Shown here in pieces: positions 1-10,705 of a stretch of 35,454 nt of DNA. The stretch covers positions 1-35,454 of the forward strand of contig CAWEDJ010000049.1 in NCBI GenBank assembly GCA_963807635.1. The letters are read 5' to 3'. The notes beneath the pieces were generated by a model. It ran no database searches, was not told the DNA's origin, and saw only the letters and a list, made by a program, of their open reading frames with translations. Both the position numbers and the translations under genes were made by a program. Source of the stretch: an uncultured cyanobacterium. Its GTDB lineage: Bacteria > Cyanobacteriota > Cyanobacteriia > Cyanobacteriales > Microcystaceae. Position 1 is the first letter of the stretch. Every line of letters starts with the position of its first letter.

Positions 1-62
1 GGGATTTTCTGGTGTACATCGTCCGATCATGAACGGCTATGGTAAGCGTTATAACACTTCAA
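1..62 (-). CDS. Possible 5' end of a further GT2-like glycosyltransferase running off the window
   Basis: One minus frame reads SVITLTIAVHDRTMYTRKS, which resembles a GT2 N-terminus. It joins the TTG at 62 only if one A is removed. Confidence 0.25.
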
Positions 63-89
63 AATATTCTTTCCTAAATGCTCCAGGAT

Positions 90-931
90 TTATTTCTGAT
101 AAACAACTAATACAGTTTGTGAATAGAATTTAATCGGTGGAAAGACTCTGAAAAGGAATTTATCCACTATTCGCAAAACATTGGTGTAGCGATAGCCTAT
201 CAACCTTTCCAGACGAATTGTGAAACCGTATGAGTTTAGATGAACATGTCGAAAATACCTTTCTCCACCAGCAATCAATTCTTGGTTCGTCATAGCCCTA
301 TCATCAAGCGCTCCGACATAATTATTCCATGATTTTCGTTGCAAGATAGATGGTCGGTAGTAATTACTTCCCTTTTTTCCTGCCGGGGAATAAATTTTGG
401 ATAAAGTCAAACAGTTTACTATTCTCAACGGGTTCAAGGAAAATTGCTATACCACCTGGCTTCAGTACTGTACAGCTCTCCTGGAGTGCTAACAAAACAT
501 CCAATTCAGAAAGATGGTGTAAAATAGCAAGACCTAAAACAATGTCGTAGGCATCTGATTCAAAAGGAAGGCTAGTCACATTGCACTGCTGAAATCTGCA
601 ATCAACTTGATTTACCATGTCCAAGGTTCCACTGAGCCACGATATTATAACCTATATCAACTCCAGTTACTTTCGCTCCTTGCTTTGAAAGTGAAACTGA
701 AACATCACCAAATCCACAAGCCAATTCGAGAATCTCTTTATCCTTCACCTGCGAAGGACTTAGCAAGGTAATTAACTCATCTCCACAAGTGTTGGCTTTC
801 CAAGGTGGAAGAAGAGATGCCTGTGCGTCGATAATATATTTATTCGGGTTTTTTTGAATATCCAATAATCGACTTTCACCATATGAGTTCCATCGTTCTT
901 GGGGTTTAGAATGCTCTGATTGTTTTTCCAT
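90..931 (-). pseudogene. Class I SAM-dependent methyltransferase split by two frameshifts (about 279 aa if repaired; may be sequencing error)
   Basis: ORFs 602-931 (ILELACGFG...VTGVDI), 364-624 (LPFESDAYDIVLGLAILHHL, LKPGGIAIFLEP) and 90-437 form one colinear methyltransferase. Shifts lie near 630 and at the G4 run 385-388. Confidence 0.8.
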
Positions 932-984
932 AAAAAATCCTTTGAAAGGGATAGAAGTGTAGAAAATTATGGCTCTTAGCTATT

Positions 985-1037
985 TTGAGTTTCTATTTAG
1001 AAATTGCTTACTTGGTAATTTCTAAATAGAAACTCAA
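985..1037. repeat. Perfect 21-bp inverted repeat with 11-nt loop
   Basis: TTGAGTTTCTATTTAGAAATT (985-1005) and AATTTCTAAATAGAAACTCAA (1017-1037). Confidence 0.9.
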
Positions 1038-1043
1038 CTAACT

Positions 1044-1243
1044 TACGACTTACGCATTGACAAAAGTTGTTCCCTGTGCGTCACGGAAAATTGGTATTTA
1101 ATGTTACATTATGAGAGGTTTTCAGTAAGATGGGTCGGGTTTGTCGACCATTTTTTCACTTCATACAGATTTTCTCAAAGTGGCTCAAATAGCGCAATTG
1201 CGTTGCTACACAATTTTATTATTCTGTCAATGCGTAACTCCTA
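1044..1243. mobile_element. About 200-bp MITE-like element
   Basis: Terminal inverted repeat core TTACGCATTGACA (1050-1062) / TGTCAATGCGTAA (1225-1237). Flanking direct repeat TAACT at 1039-1043 and 1244-1248. Confidence 0.75.
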
Positions 1244-1353
1244 TAACTTATTTAAAATAAATCGTTTCTACAAAAAGTCCAACCTGGTTCGCCCAAATAT
1301 TTGGTGTTCTAGCATTTTGAGTGTATAGTATCGATCATCCAATCTAGTTTTCA

Positions 1354-2199
1354 CTATTTTAACCCCATTTTTTGCAAAAATTCTCTGTAAATTGTAGAGA
1401 AACTCTTAGTTTGCTGATGACCAATAGCTAGTAGAATACTAAACTTGAAAGGTGCAAGTAAAAAAGTTGGTGACCCGTAGATGATAAATTCCACTAAATT
1501 AAACCTCTGAATCAGAATAGCCGCCCGCTCTAGCCAGCCTCTGAGAAAATTGTTTGGACTAGTTGAAAAACCACCCCTTTCAAAAAAAGCTACTTTAATG
1601 GGTATTTTACTCGCTTTACAGCACTGAGCAAAAATGAGTTCCCAAAAACTTTCTTGATCAGACTGAATTGCTTGAGATTTTTTATCTAAAAGCATAGATT
1701 CGCGAAATCCACCAATGCTTAGTAGTTTCTCTAGATCTACAAATACTGCCTGATGACATATATTTTTCCTAAAGATGTACGACTTAGTTATCTGCTCAGG
1801 ATAGTGAGTAGACTCAAGCTTAGGCTGCCAGATAATGTCACCATAAAATATGGTACTCTGACTATTACTAGTAATAAAGTCTTTTGTCTTCTCTAAGACA
1901 AACTGATCATAAAAAGCGTCTCCTGCATTAAGAAAATACACAAAACGTCCATTGGAAAGATTGAGAGCTTGATTCATTCCAGAGTATATTCCTATGTCTG
2001 GAGATGAGAAAAGAGAGGTTTTGTCTAACAATATATACTTTTTTAAAAGTTCTATTTCCTGAGCGTGAGAGCAAGCATCTTTAATTAGATGCTCGTAGTC
2101 TTTGCAAGTCTGCTGGTAAAGTGAATTCAATGTGACTTCGATTTTTTTGGAATCATTTAAGAAGACTGTAATGATAGTGAAAAAGGGCTTTGAATCCAT
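1354..2199 (-). CDS. GT2 glycosyltransferase (WcaE-like)
   Basis: FTIITVFLND, PDIGIYSGMNQAL, FLNAGD, ICHQAVF motifs. Confidence 0.85.
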   Translation of the reverse strand: MDSKPFFTIITVFLNDSKKIEVTLNSLYQQTCKDYEHLIKDACSHAQEIELLKKYILLDKTSLFSSPDIGIYSGMNQALNLSNGRFVYFLNAGDAFYDQFVLEKTKDFITSNSQSTIFYGDIIWQPKLESTHYPEQITKSYIFRKNICHQAVFVDLEKLLSIGGFRESMLLDKKSQAIQSDQESFWELIFAQCCKASKIPIKVAFFERGGFSTSPNNFLRGWLERAAILIQRFNLVEFIIYGSPTFLLAPFKFSILLAIGHQQTKSFSTIYREFLQKMGLK

Positions 2200-2238
2200 A
2201 TAATAACATTGTTTATAAACATTGGGAACGCCAGTAAC

Positions 2239-3174
2239 TTATTGCAACTCGGTAATAAGCTGTTTCACAAAGTCTGGGAAACTTAAGGAAGGTTTCCATC
2301 CAGTTTTTGTTCTTAATTTAGTTGAATTGCCAATTTTTACAGGTGAACGACGACGCAGAAGAGTTGGATCTTCAATAACATATTGTTCAGGATCTAACTT
2401 GAAATGCTTGAAGGCGATTTCAACAAATTCTTTGACTGAGTGAGCCTCACCTGTTGAAATAATAAAATCTTCACTATGATTAAGTTCAAGAATATCTTGA
2501 AAAGCTTTCACATAATCAGGAGCATAGCCCCAATCTACCCGAGAAGATAAATCACCGACAACTAGCTTCTCTTTAGAACCAGAGGCTATGCGTATCGCTG
2601 ATTGAACGATTTTTTGTGACAAAAAATGAGCTGGCCGCAGATAGGACTCATGGTTGTAAAGAATGCCAACTGAAGCAAAAACATTGAATCGTTCACGAAA
2701 CTCCCGACACAGTAACATTCCTTCCGCCTTAGTAATTCCATAAAATCCTTGGGGTGATAAAGAAGTTTTTTCATCCTGTACCTCACTATTTTCGTTACTA
2801 AAAACTAAGGATGAAGAAGCATAAAAAAACTTTGAATTAGGTGAAATTTCATAAATAGCAGATAGAAAGTTTAAAGGACCAATTACATGGGTTAGTTGCG
2901 AAAGATAGAAGTCATTCTTAGGATTATTTTCTGAGAGAGTTTCTGAGGAAGTGTGATGGGCGGCAAGATAATAAATCTGATCGGGCTTGATTCGGTCAAT
3001 TAGATTATAGATTGAGTCTGAGTCTTCAATGGACGCTTGGATATCTGAGTATTGAGGATCAGTTGAATAAGTAGATGAACGACTAAAACCAAATACCTGG
3101 TCTCCATTATTTTTCAGTCTACGACAGAGTAGGGTACCATCTTGTCCCCCATGACCAACGATGACGATCTTCAT
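2239..3174 (-). CDS. GDP-mannose 4,6-dehydratase-like extended SDR; probably a 4-ketoreductase
   Basis: GHGGQDG, YLAA, YGITK (YxxxK), ILYNHES, DWGYAPDYV. The usual S/T-S-E segment reads ASSSLVF. ATG at 3174 is preferred over the TTG at 3201. Confidence 0.8.
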   Translation of the reverse strand: MKIVIVGHGGQDGTLLCRRLKNNGDQVFGFSRSSTYSTDPQYSDIQASIEDSDSIYNLIDRIKPDQIYYLAAHHTSSETLSENNPKNDFYLSQLTHVIGPLNFLSAIYEISPNSKFFYASSSLVFSNENSEVQDEKTSLSPQGFYGITKAEGMLLCREFRERFNVFASVGILYNHESYLRPAHFLSQKIVQSAIRIASGSKEKLVVGDLSSRVDWGYAPDYVKAFQDILELNHSEDFIISTGEAHSVKEFVEIAFKHFKLDPEQYVIEDPTLLRRRSPVKIGNSTKLRTKTGWKPSLSFPDFVKQLITELQ

Positions 3175-3187
3175 GGATTTTGAGCCG

Positions 3188-4426
3188 CTAAACAATTTCA
3201 ATTTCAGGCAATGGAAAGATCAACTTACCCCCAGAGGCTAGATATTCGGCCTCTCGTCGAATAATGGAATCGCGGAAGTGCCAAGGCAACACCAGCATAT
3301 AGTCAGGTTTCATTGCTCGCACTTCTGCTTCAGATAAAATTGGAATATTGGTACCGGGGGTAAAGGCACCAAACTTATCAGGATTTACCTCAGCAACGCA
3401 AGCTATGTCTTGGTTGGTAAAATTACAAAACTGTAACAACACATTACCCTTAGTTGAAGCACCATAGCCAACGACTTTCTTATTATCTGCATTTAAGGCT
3501 CGAATTAAGCGAGATAGATCATCCCGATGACGAAAAACTCGCTCTTCAAAATCTCGAAAAGGCTTTGGTGTATGTAAACCCATACGATCTTCTTGACCAA
3601 GTAGCCAGTCGATAACGGGATCATTTGATTTAAGATTGGAAGACTTTTTAGCAACTGTCACTGCAAAACTTCCTCCGTTAACAGCATTCATTTGAACATC
3701 GATCAGTTTCAGACCACATTGTTCAATCAAATTTTTAACAACACCAAGAGAGTAGTATTCTAAGTGCTCGTGACATACAGTGTCATAGGAGTTCATTCGC
3801 AACATCGTGGGCATATAGCTTTGCTCAAAATGCCAAACACCGTCATCATCTAAAATCTCGTAAATATCGGCGACGAAATCGCGGGGTTTCTCTAAATCAT
3901 AAAACATGGCAATTGATGTAACAATCTTGGCTTTACGAGCCTGAAATTTTGATTGGAATGCTTTGGCGGTAAAGAAATCTGGTACTAGCTCTATCCCATT
4001 TTGATAAAATTCAGAGAATTTTTTTCCAGTAGGATCAATTCCAATCCGATTAAGTCCATTGACATTATAGGCCGACAATAATGTTGCGTCGTTACTTCCT
4101 ATATCTAGAACAATATCTTCGGATGTTAAAGGACGTAAACGTTGTAAGTAATTAACTTTGTACTGAAGATGTTGAACCATCGATTGATTTAACCCTGATC
4201 GGTAGCCATAATTCATCCCATACATCTCGGCTAAATCGTATGAGTGACGCAATTGTAATAGCCCACTATCTGGACACCAAACCAGTTGTAACGGCCCCTC
4301 TGTTATTGGTGTATCTATTTTTCTGGGAAAAACACCAGTTAATGACTGTAAACCCAAGTCAAGAACTGTTATTAAGTTTTTACTACCGCTAATCCGACAA
4401 GACTCAATTTCATTACGACTATTCAT
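3188..4426 (-). CDS. NDP-hexose C3-methyltransferase (sugar C-methyltransferase family)
   Basis: LDIGSNDATLL, IGIDP, YDTVCHEHLEYYSL, NGGSF, GYGASTKGNVLL, LVLPWHF. ATG at 4426 is preceded by GAGG. Confidence 0.88.
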   Translation of the reverse strand: MNSRNEIESCRISGSKNLITVLDLGLQSLTGVFPRKIDTPITEGPLQLVWCPDSGLLQLRHSYDLAEMYGMNYGYRSGLNQSMVQHLQYKVNYLQRLRPLTSEDIVLDIGSNDATLLSAYNVNGLNRIGIDPTGKKFSEFYQNGIELVPDFFTAKAFQSKFQARKAKIVTSIAMFYDLEKPRDFVADIYEILDDDGVWHFEQSYMPTMLRMNSYDTVCHEHLEYYSLGVVKNLIEQCGLKLIDVQMNAVNGGSFAVTVAKKSSNLKSNDPVIDWLLGQEDRMGLHTPKPFRDFEERVFRHRDDLSRLIRALNADNKKVVGYGASTKGNVLLQFCNFTNQDIACVAEVNPDKFGAFTPGTNIPILSEAEVRAMKPDYMLVLPWHFRDSIIRREAEYLASGGKLIFPLPEIEIV

Positions 4427-4889
4427 AGGGTAAACCTCATCTGAAATACAATAATAGGGTTGTTGGGTAATAAAACAAAAAATAGCTGTAATGCTTATGT
4501 ATACTGGGGTTCGGAGATTTTGCAAGAAAATCGCTCAAATGCTTGCCAGATAGGGGGTTCAAAGATTTTTGAGCTGATTACCCGACAGATCCAATAAGTC
4601 GAAGGTGATAAAGACTTCACTTTTAGGGAAAACTAATGGCAACTTGCTGTTCAAAAGGAAGCGAGACCATCATACAACAATATTGACTCTTGCATAAGAA
4701 TCACTTTAATGCATAGAGTCGTTTTGATTAATTACTCTATGGAGAACCTCGAATAAAAGACTGTGTTAACAAAATGTTGGTTAAGGAAATTTACTTGATA
4801 TACTGTAGCAAGGAGAAACCGTTTTAAATAACTAAAAATGTGTTTTGTAACTCAGCATCTTCTAACGTAATCGGGTTTATCTTTAGGGC

Positions 4890-4980
4890 TATAGCAGTCC
4901 TAAACTATTTGTAAATATCGATTCGCTCTGGGCAAGGGTTTCAAGTCTCTCAACAGCACGAATTATTTAGGATTGCTATA
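4890..4980. mobile_element. 91-bp MITE-like element with TA ends (IS630-like termini)
   Basis: TATAGCAGTCCTAAACTATTTGT ... ACGAATTATTTAGGATTGCTATA form an imperfect terminal inverted repeat. Confidence 0.75.
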
Positions 4981-5072
4981 TAGAAATTCTGAATCACATG
5001 AGGTACAAACAAACAGCTGAAACTTATCTCCTCTATTGATTTAACCGTACTTCGCTAAACCAAGATTTGAGT
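4979..5072. repeat. Degenerate second MITE-like repeat abutting the previous one
   Basis: TATAGAAATTCTGAATCACATGAGGTAC ... GTACTTC gives partial inverted symmetry; the right end is decayed. Confidence 0.4.
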
Positions 5073-5336
5073 TTTTGTTAGTTAATCGTCACTTGAATAC
5101 TTACCCTGAAAGAAATCTAGCGTTTAAAGAAGGTAACGGTTTCGCATGATTGATAGAAGAGCATTAAGATGTGGAAATAAGGTTTATACTGATTTTTTTT
5201 GGTAGAGTAGCCTTAAAAGCTTTGTCCAATAATTGTTCCACAATTTTATAAGCAAAGGCTATTATACAAAGTTGTGAAGAGCCTTTTTTTAATCTTTATG
5301 GCTGGTGGAATGTGGGTTAGATGCCAATAACAGGAA

Positions 5337-6681
5337 TTAATTAATACGTGAGCTAATAAGGAAATAAATATAATCCCATATGTTCTGAGTAAATACTTCA
5401 CCCTTCCAAAAAACCACTGTACCACCTGACAACGGAGGAACATTGGGCATATTTGTTAGCCAATATAAAAAGTACAAGAAAGATAATAAAAATGAAAAAT
5501 ATACAAATTTTTTATAGAATATTTTTTTTTCTTCTAAAACCAAAACAAGGAAAAAGCCGTGAAAAACGATTGAAAGCAAAATAATTCTAAATAGCAAATA
5601 AGGGTTAATCAATAATAAAATAAATTGAGCAAATTGAATGATAAACAATAAAAACAATAATAATGACAAATTTGAAGAAAAAGTTTTTTTCAAAAAAATA
5701 ACTATAGCTAGAGCAAAAAAGTTTACATAAAAAATCATTCCAATGCCTCGCCAAAAGTTGTTTCTAAAATTTAACCCTTGATAAAGTTCTGCTTTTGAAG
5801 AGCTAAAATCTGATAATTGTGTACTATTAGTTAGTTTAGATAAAAAAGTAAATAAACCAAACAAATTATTAATACTTGATCCTAAAATAACTACTGAAAA
5901 AAAAGTAAAAACAATAAAAATATTTTTCGCGGTTTTATTATTTATTAGAAACTTAGGTAGTAGAATTGTGCGAATAAAAGATGATAATTTATTTGTTAAG
6001 GAAAAACCATTAATTTTTTTGTCTAAAAAGAGCTTAAATTTAAAGAGAATTAAAAGAAGGATAGTTGGAATAGAAGAGAGATGAGAAAAAACAGATAAAA
6101 AAAGAAACAAAATAAAAGGTATTACAAAATCTATATTAACAACAGCTGCCATCAAAAATGCTACGGACAACATCTGTCTCATTTGAAAAACATGATAATA
6201 ATAAAATATGCTTGAAAAAACTATACCTAATAAGGTAGGATAATATTTTGTGGATATTTTTTTTGATATTACAAAAGTTACTAATATATTAAAAATAAGG
6301 CTTTGATTAAAAATAAACCAATACGGTGATGCATTAGAAAAGTAATTAATAGGAAGAGAAATTAGAGGGAGGACAAACTCTAATCCATAACCATAATATG
6401 GAGGAAGATTAAATAAAGAATTAAAGTCTGTCCAGTTAAAGTAATCATTCACATAAACTTCTGTATCTGAATAAACCGTAACTGAGGAACAAAAAATAGT
6501 CAAAGTCAGAACAATTAAGACCAATATCAAGTTAATAATGTATTTAGTTTTTATAGAGTTCCTTTGATTTTGATGTAATAAACACAGTCTGTATCCACCA
6601 GAGTAAAAAAAAGATTCCAACGATAGGGACTAAAGCCCATACTAAAAAACTGAAGATTAAAAAAGCACTATATTTTTTCAT
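5337..6681 (-). CDS. wzy: EpsG-family / Wzy-like polysaccharide polymerase (one frameshift near the 5' end)
   Basis: Very hydrophobic, AT-rich multi-pass protein with SDTEVY, QMRQ and HLSS motifs. ATG at 6681 (MKKYSAFLIFSFLVW...) joins ORF 5337-6620 if one base is removed at the T5 run 6548-6552. Confidence 0.7.
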
Positions 6682-6820
6682 TAATTATCTAGGTGTCGGA
6701 ACGAGAAGTCTTAGAGCATCTCAGCTGATTAGCTGGCAAAACATCATCGTAATATTATGACAAAAGTAGCCAATATTAAATATAAAGAAGTTGGTAAATT
6801 GCAGGGAGTGAGAAATTGGG

Positions 6821-6970
6821 TATAGCGAGCGTAAATAAATTGTGAGAACTTCAAGCTCTTTTTACTGATTCCTTATTTCTAACAGAAGTCATGGAGAGAG
6901 GTTAATTGAGCTTTGGGAAATTAAAAGATTTCATCTTTTGGCTGTTCACACTCTATTTAGACTGGCTATA
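6821..6970. mobile_element. 150-bp MITE-like element with TA ends
   Basis: TATAGCGAGCGTAAATAAATTGTGAGAAC ... GTTCACACTCTATTTAGACTGGCTATA form an imperfect inverted repeat. Confidence 0.6.
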
Positions 6971-7327
6971 TAATATAAAATTATTAAAAACGAGATTTTC
7001 AAGCAAATAATGCTAACTTCCAGTTTTCTAACAAGTTAATCGCACTATTGACTCTAAATTTGGCGAATAAAGCCATAGCAAAGTCAACTATTCTATAGAG
7101 CGAAAAACAACTTTCGTTTTTCAATGAAAAATGGCGATTGTCCAAATTATTCTTCTTTATTTTCGCTGTTTCACTCTTGGTATTACAGGAAAGCTAGGTA
7201 CAGAAAAAAATGTAAGGAGTCGAGAAAAAGAGAAGAATTGGTTAAAGAAGGTAAATTGTCACTATCATACATAGATCATAGTTTTTAATTTAATCGAAAG
7301 AAAAAGTTTAAAATTAACTATTACCAT

Positions 7328-8298
7328 TTAAGAATTATTGCTTAGCAATATATTTTGATATTGATAGTGATTTCTTTTAAAAAGCCTTGTTACATTAAAA
7401 CCTAAAAGCCCCAAGAATAAGTAAAATAGCAACTTGGTCTTTTGAGCTGGACTAAATATAACTGCTAACAGCATGAAATATAAAGCTTTTGGTCGGTTAG
7501 CAAGACCAGAAGAGAGTAAGATTTGTCCATTCGTAAAATATGCACTGCTAGTATATTGACTTTTAAAATCTTTTATTTTTATTTTCTTTTCTATTAAATG
7601 CACCCATTTATCACAAACTTGATTGAGTCCTTTAAGACGACGAGATAAGTTGATTGAAGTTCTTTCTTCGTTATGTTGGTAAAATTTTGTCACTAAAGCT
7701 TTATGAGACTTGATTGCGAAAGATTGATTGATTTTTATCCAAATATCATAATCTTGAAAACTCACTAAATCCTCATCGAATAACCCGACTTGTTCTAGTA
7801 TTTCTTTTTTGAACATTGATGAAGACAGAGTAACAGGGCAATTAATTTCAAGGCTACATCGGGGACTAATAATGCGGTCGGAAAGCTCGTATTTTGTGCT
7901 TAAGTTAAAGATTTTATCTACAAATATGGCACCACCATAAACCATTGCGACTGATGACGCATCGAACTGTTTGTAATGATTAACGAGGGCTTCTGGCAAC
8001 AACTCATCATCATCATCAAGAAACACAATATATTCGTAAATTGATTCTAACAACCCCGTATTTCTAGCGCCACATCCTCCTTTTTTTCGGTTATTTTTTA
8101 TATATCTTAACCTAGCATCACCTATTTGAAGAACAGCATCTTTGGTAGCTTGATATATCTCATTATTATCATTATCATCAACGACAATAACTTCTCCAAG
8201 TATTGCTCCTTGAATAAGTGAGCTATTAACAGTGCACAAATCATACCTGCCCTATTATAAGTTGGAATGACAATCGATACTTTAGGGAGCGTCAACAT
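7328..8298 (-). CDS. GT2 glycosyltransferase (one frameshift near 8240)
   Basis: ATG at 8298 gives MLTLPKVSIVIPTYNRAGMI. One added base joins it to ORF 7328-8239 (IVVDD, ARNTGL, FLDDDD, QDYDIW). Confidence 0.88.
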
Positions 8299-8303
8299 AG
8301 TTT

Positions 8304-9674
8304 TTATTGATTAAGGTAAAAAACAATACATATTGTTCCTTGTATAATTATGGGAATTGTCAGTTTTCTAAAAAAAATAATTACATTTTTTTGAAAACAA
8401 TATCTATACAAAAAATAATAAGCCTGAAAAAAATTCAAACTAAAAGCTAACAATAGGTTCCAAGATAGTAGAACCATATCGTGTTGAACAAGAACCCCAT
8501 AAATAATTGCAATTACCATAAGAATTGCCGATAGAAATCCACTCAGAAAAAGAATGTCTGGACGATTCATTGCTTGGAAGAAGCTGCCGCTAGTGGATAA
8601 AACAACTTGGATGGGGATTGAAAGAGCTAAAACACTAATAATTGGAATGACTTCTATCCATTGATTACCAAGCAGAAGAAGTACTATCCACTTACTGAAT
8701 ACTAAGACGATAATCCCAGCCGCGATGCCGATAAAAGATAGCTTAAAAACAAAGTCACTATGAATTTTTTCTGCTTGGATTGGGTCATGGGCATACTTCC
8801 TCATCACGGGTTGTATCGCTGGTGCCATCGCAAAGGTCAATAACATCAGAGGATAGCGCATGAGGGCGTAAGCTTTGTCATAAATCCCTAATGAAACAGC
8901 ACCAAGGTAACGTCCGACCAAGATATTATCTAAATTTCTGGAAAAAAAGTTAATGAAGTTAAAGCCAAATTGAAACAGCGAAAAGGATAATAGGGGTTTT
9001 ATTGCTGAAAATTTTGTGCCTAGCTTTGGCTGACCAAATTCAGTTTCTTTGGAGAAGTAATAAAGAACTACAAAGTTGATAGTTGGGATCGCAACTATTC
9101 TTGATGCGAGGGCATGAAGTGGAGAAACAAGCTGAAACAGTGAAACAACAATTATTAGCGAACTTACTTCGGCGACGAGTCCTGCTTGGGCGATACGAAA
9201 AAAATGTTGATCGCGATTAAGCGTTGCTGTAACGTAAATTAAAGCACCAGAGGATAAGGCACTGAGGGCAGCATATCGCATGACAACGCTAACACCCTCA
9301 ATTCTATAAAACGATTCTATGGGGTTGGCTAATAACAGCAACAACACAGAGGCACAAATCCCTAAAACGAGAGTAAGGGTAAATATTCCATTTCTGTCTT
9401 CATTGGATAACTCTTTCTGATTGATGATTGCAGGCCCTAGACCTGATTCGATAAACATTTGTAAAAATGTAGATACGATGGCAACTGCTCCAATAACTCC
9501 AAATTGTTTCGGTGTGAATAATCTCGCTAGAACCGCCATTGAAACTAAATTGACTAAATATACTGAATAGCGACTCAGCATACTCTTAGCGATAGCTTTA
9601 TGGAGTTCTCCTACATTCGATATACGAATTTTTTTTAAAACAAATGCTAACCATTTTCTTAAGGACAAATTCAT
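8304..9674 (-). CDS. wzx: Wzx / PST-family polysaccharide flippase
   Basis: LARLFTPKQFG, GLGPAIINQKEL, SRNLDNILVGRYLGAVSLGIYDKAY; many TM segments. Start is uncertain (9698 or 9674). Confidence 0.88.
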   Translation of the reverse strand: MNLSLRKWLAFVLKKIRISNVGELHKAIAKSMLSRYSVYLVNLVSMAVLARLFTPKQFGVIGAVAIVSTFLQMFIESGLGPAIINQKELSNEDRNGIFTLTLVLGICASVLLLLLANPIESFYRIEGVSVVMRYAALSALSSGALIYVTATLNRDQHFFRIAQAGLVAEVSSLIIVVSLFQLVSPLHALASRIVAIPTINFVVLYYFSKETEFGQPKLGTKFSAIKPLLSFSLFQFGFNFINFFSRNLDNILVGRYLGAVSLGIYDKAYALMRYPLMLLTFAMAPAIQPVMRKYAHDPIQAEKIHSDFVFKLSFIGIAAGIIVLVFSKWIVLLLLGNQWIEVIPIISVLALSIPIQVVLSTSGSFFQAMNRPDILFLSGFLSAILMVIAIIYGVLVQHDMVLLSWNLLLAFSLNFFQAYYFLYRYCFQKNVIIFFRKLTIPIIIQGTICIVFYLNQ

Positions 9675-9732
9675 TATGGGGATTTTTGTTTTTTGCAAGT
9701 ATCGAATTTCATTAGGAGGTTTTTATCTTAAA

Positions 9733-10680
9733 TTAATGCTTATTTTTAAGCAAAATTTTTCTCAATAAGTTTTTTGCCAAAAAGAGAGTATAAAGAAAGG
9801 GATAAAAAATTAATATTGATATCTTTAAATAAATTGGAAGCTTTTGAGAAGTTAGTATATGTTTTACAGCCCTAACACTTTGTAATGGATTTTTAGATAG
9901 GCGAAGCCGCCATTGTTGTTTATAAGTAAAAGCTAAACAAGCCAAAATCGATTTAATTGGTTGATCTTCAAATAGTCCCAAATAATTTTGATATATTTCG
10001 GTTAATAACCCTGAGTCATCATAAGCCCAATCTTTTGTATTCCCTTGACTAACCAGCACTTGAAATTGAGGAGCATAAATTGAATTATATTTATTTAAGT
10101 TAAACGATATAAAGTAAATGAAAAGATAAATATTTCTAAAATTGGTTTTAGATAAATATTCCTCTAGGGTTTGATCGCGATGAATAACTAAACCGCTTAG
10201 TTGATGTCCGAATTGGGACAAGTTAAGGATTGCAGATAAACCTGGTTTAGTTTTTACACTTTCACCTGCTCTTGACACAATTAAGGAGCCATCTTTATAT
10301 AGAGAGCTAAAACCTGGAATGACACATCCAATTTTATTTGTCTTAATTTGCTCAATAACAAACTGTATATATCCATCAGGCAAAAAATCGTCATCCCCTA
10401 AAAACATCACCCATTCGGCAGTGGAAGCAGATAATACTTTAACTGCATTAGATTCTAGTCCTAAATTGGTAGATGAGTTTAAAATATTGATACTAGTGGG
10501 AAAGTCTTTTTTGATTTTTTCTATAGAAGGTATTGTTCCGTCGGTCGAAGCATTGTCAGAAATAATAATATTGACTAACGAAGGATCACAAAGTTTTTGG
10601 ATTTGTATACTTAAGAGTTTTAAATTTTTAATTAAGTCTAATTGTCGATTATATGTAGGGATTAATATATCTAATAACAT
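9733..10680 (-). CDS. GT2 glycosyltransferase, candidate 3,6-dideoxyhexose (tyvelose) transferase (WbaV-like by position)
   Basis: ILIPTYNR, IIISDNASTDGT, FLGDDD. Directly follows tyv; the specificity is inferred. Confidence 0.8.
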   Translation of the reverse strand: MLLDILIPTYNRQLDLIKNLKLLSIQIQKLCDPSLVNIIISDNASTDGTIPSIEKIKKDFPTSINILNSSTNLGLESNAVKVLSASTAEWVMFLGDDDFLPDGYIQFVIEQIKTNKIGCVIPGFSSLYKDGSLIVSRAGESVKTKPGLSAILNLSQFGHQLSGLVIHRDQTLEEYLSKTNFRNIYLFIYFISFNLNKYNSIYAPQFQVLVSQGNTKDWAYDDSGLLTEIYQNYLGLFEDQPIKSILACLAFTYKQQWRLRLSKNPLQSVRAVKHILTSQKLPIYLKISILIFYPFLYTLFLAKNLLRKILLKNKH

Positions 10681-10705
10681 TTCAGGATAGTTTATCTTAA
10701 ATTTA

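Noticed and set aside
1101..1328. 75-aa plus-strand ORF
   Set aside because: It overlaps the MITE and has no recognisable motif.
2239..3201. Calling this gene gmd
   Set aside because: The catalytic Glu of the dehydratase motif appears to be absent.
4506..4750. Possible ISL3-like remnant (GGGGTTCGGAG...GGAGAACCTC)
   Set aside because: The inverted match is only about 5-7 bp and I found no target duplication.
10319..10690. 123-aa plus-strand ORF and other short antisense or alternate-frame ORFs (e.g. 20577-21107, 30244-30456, 32662-32928)
   Set aside because: They are shadows of well-supported genes and carry no motifs.
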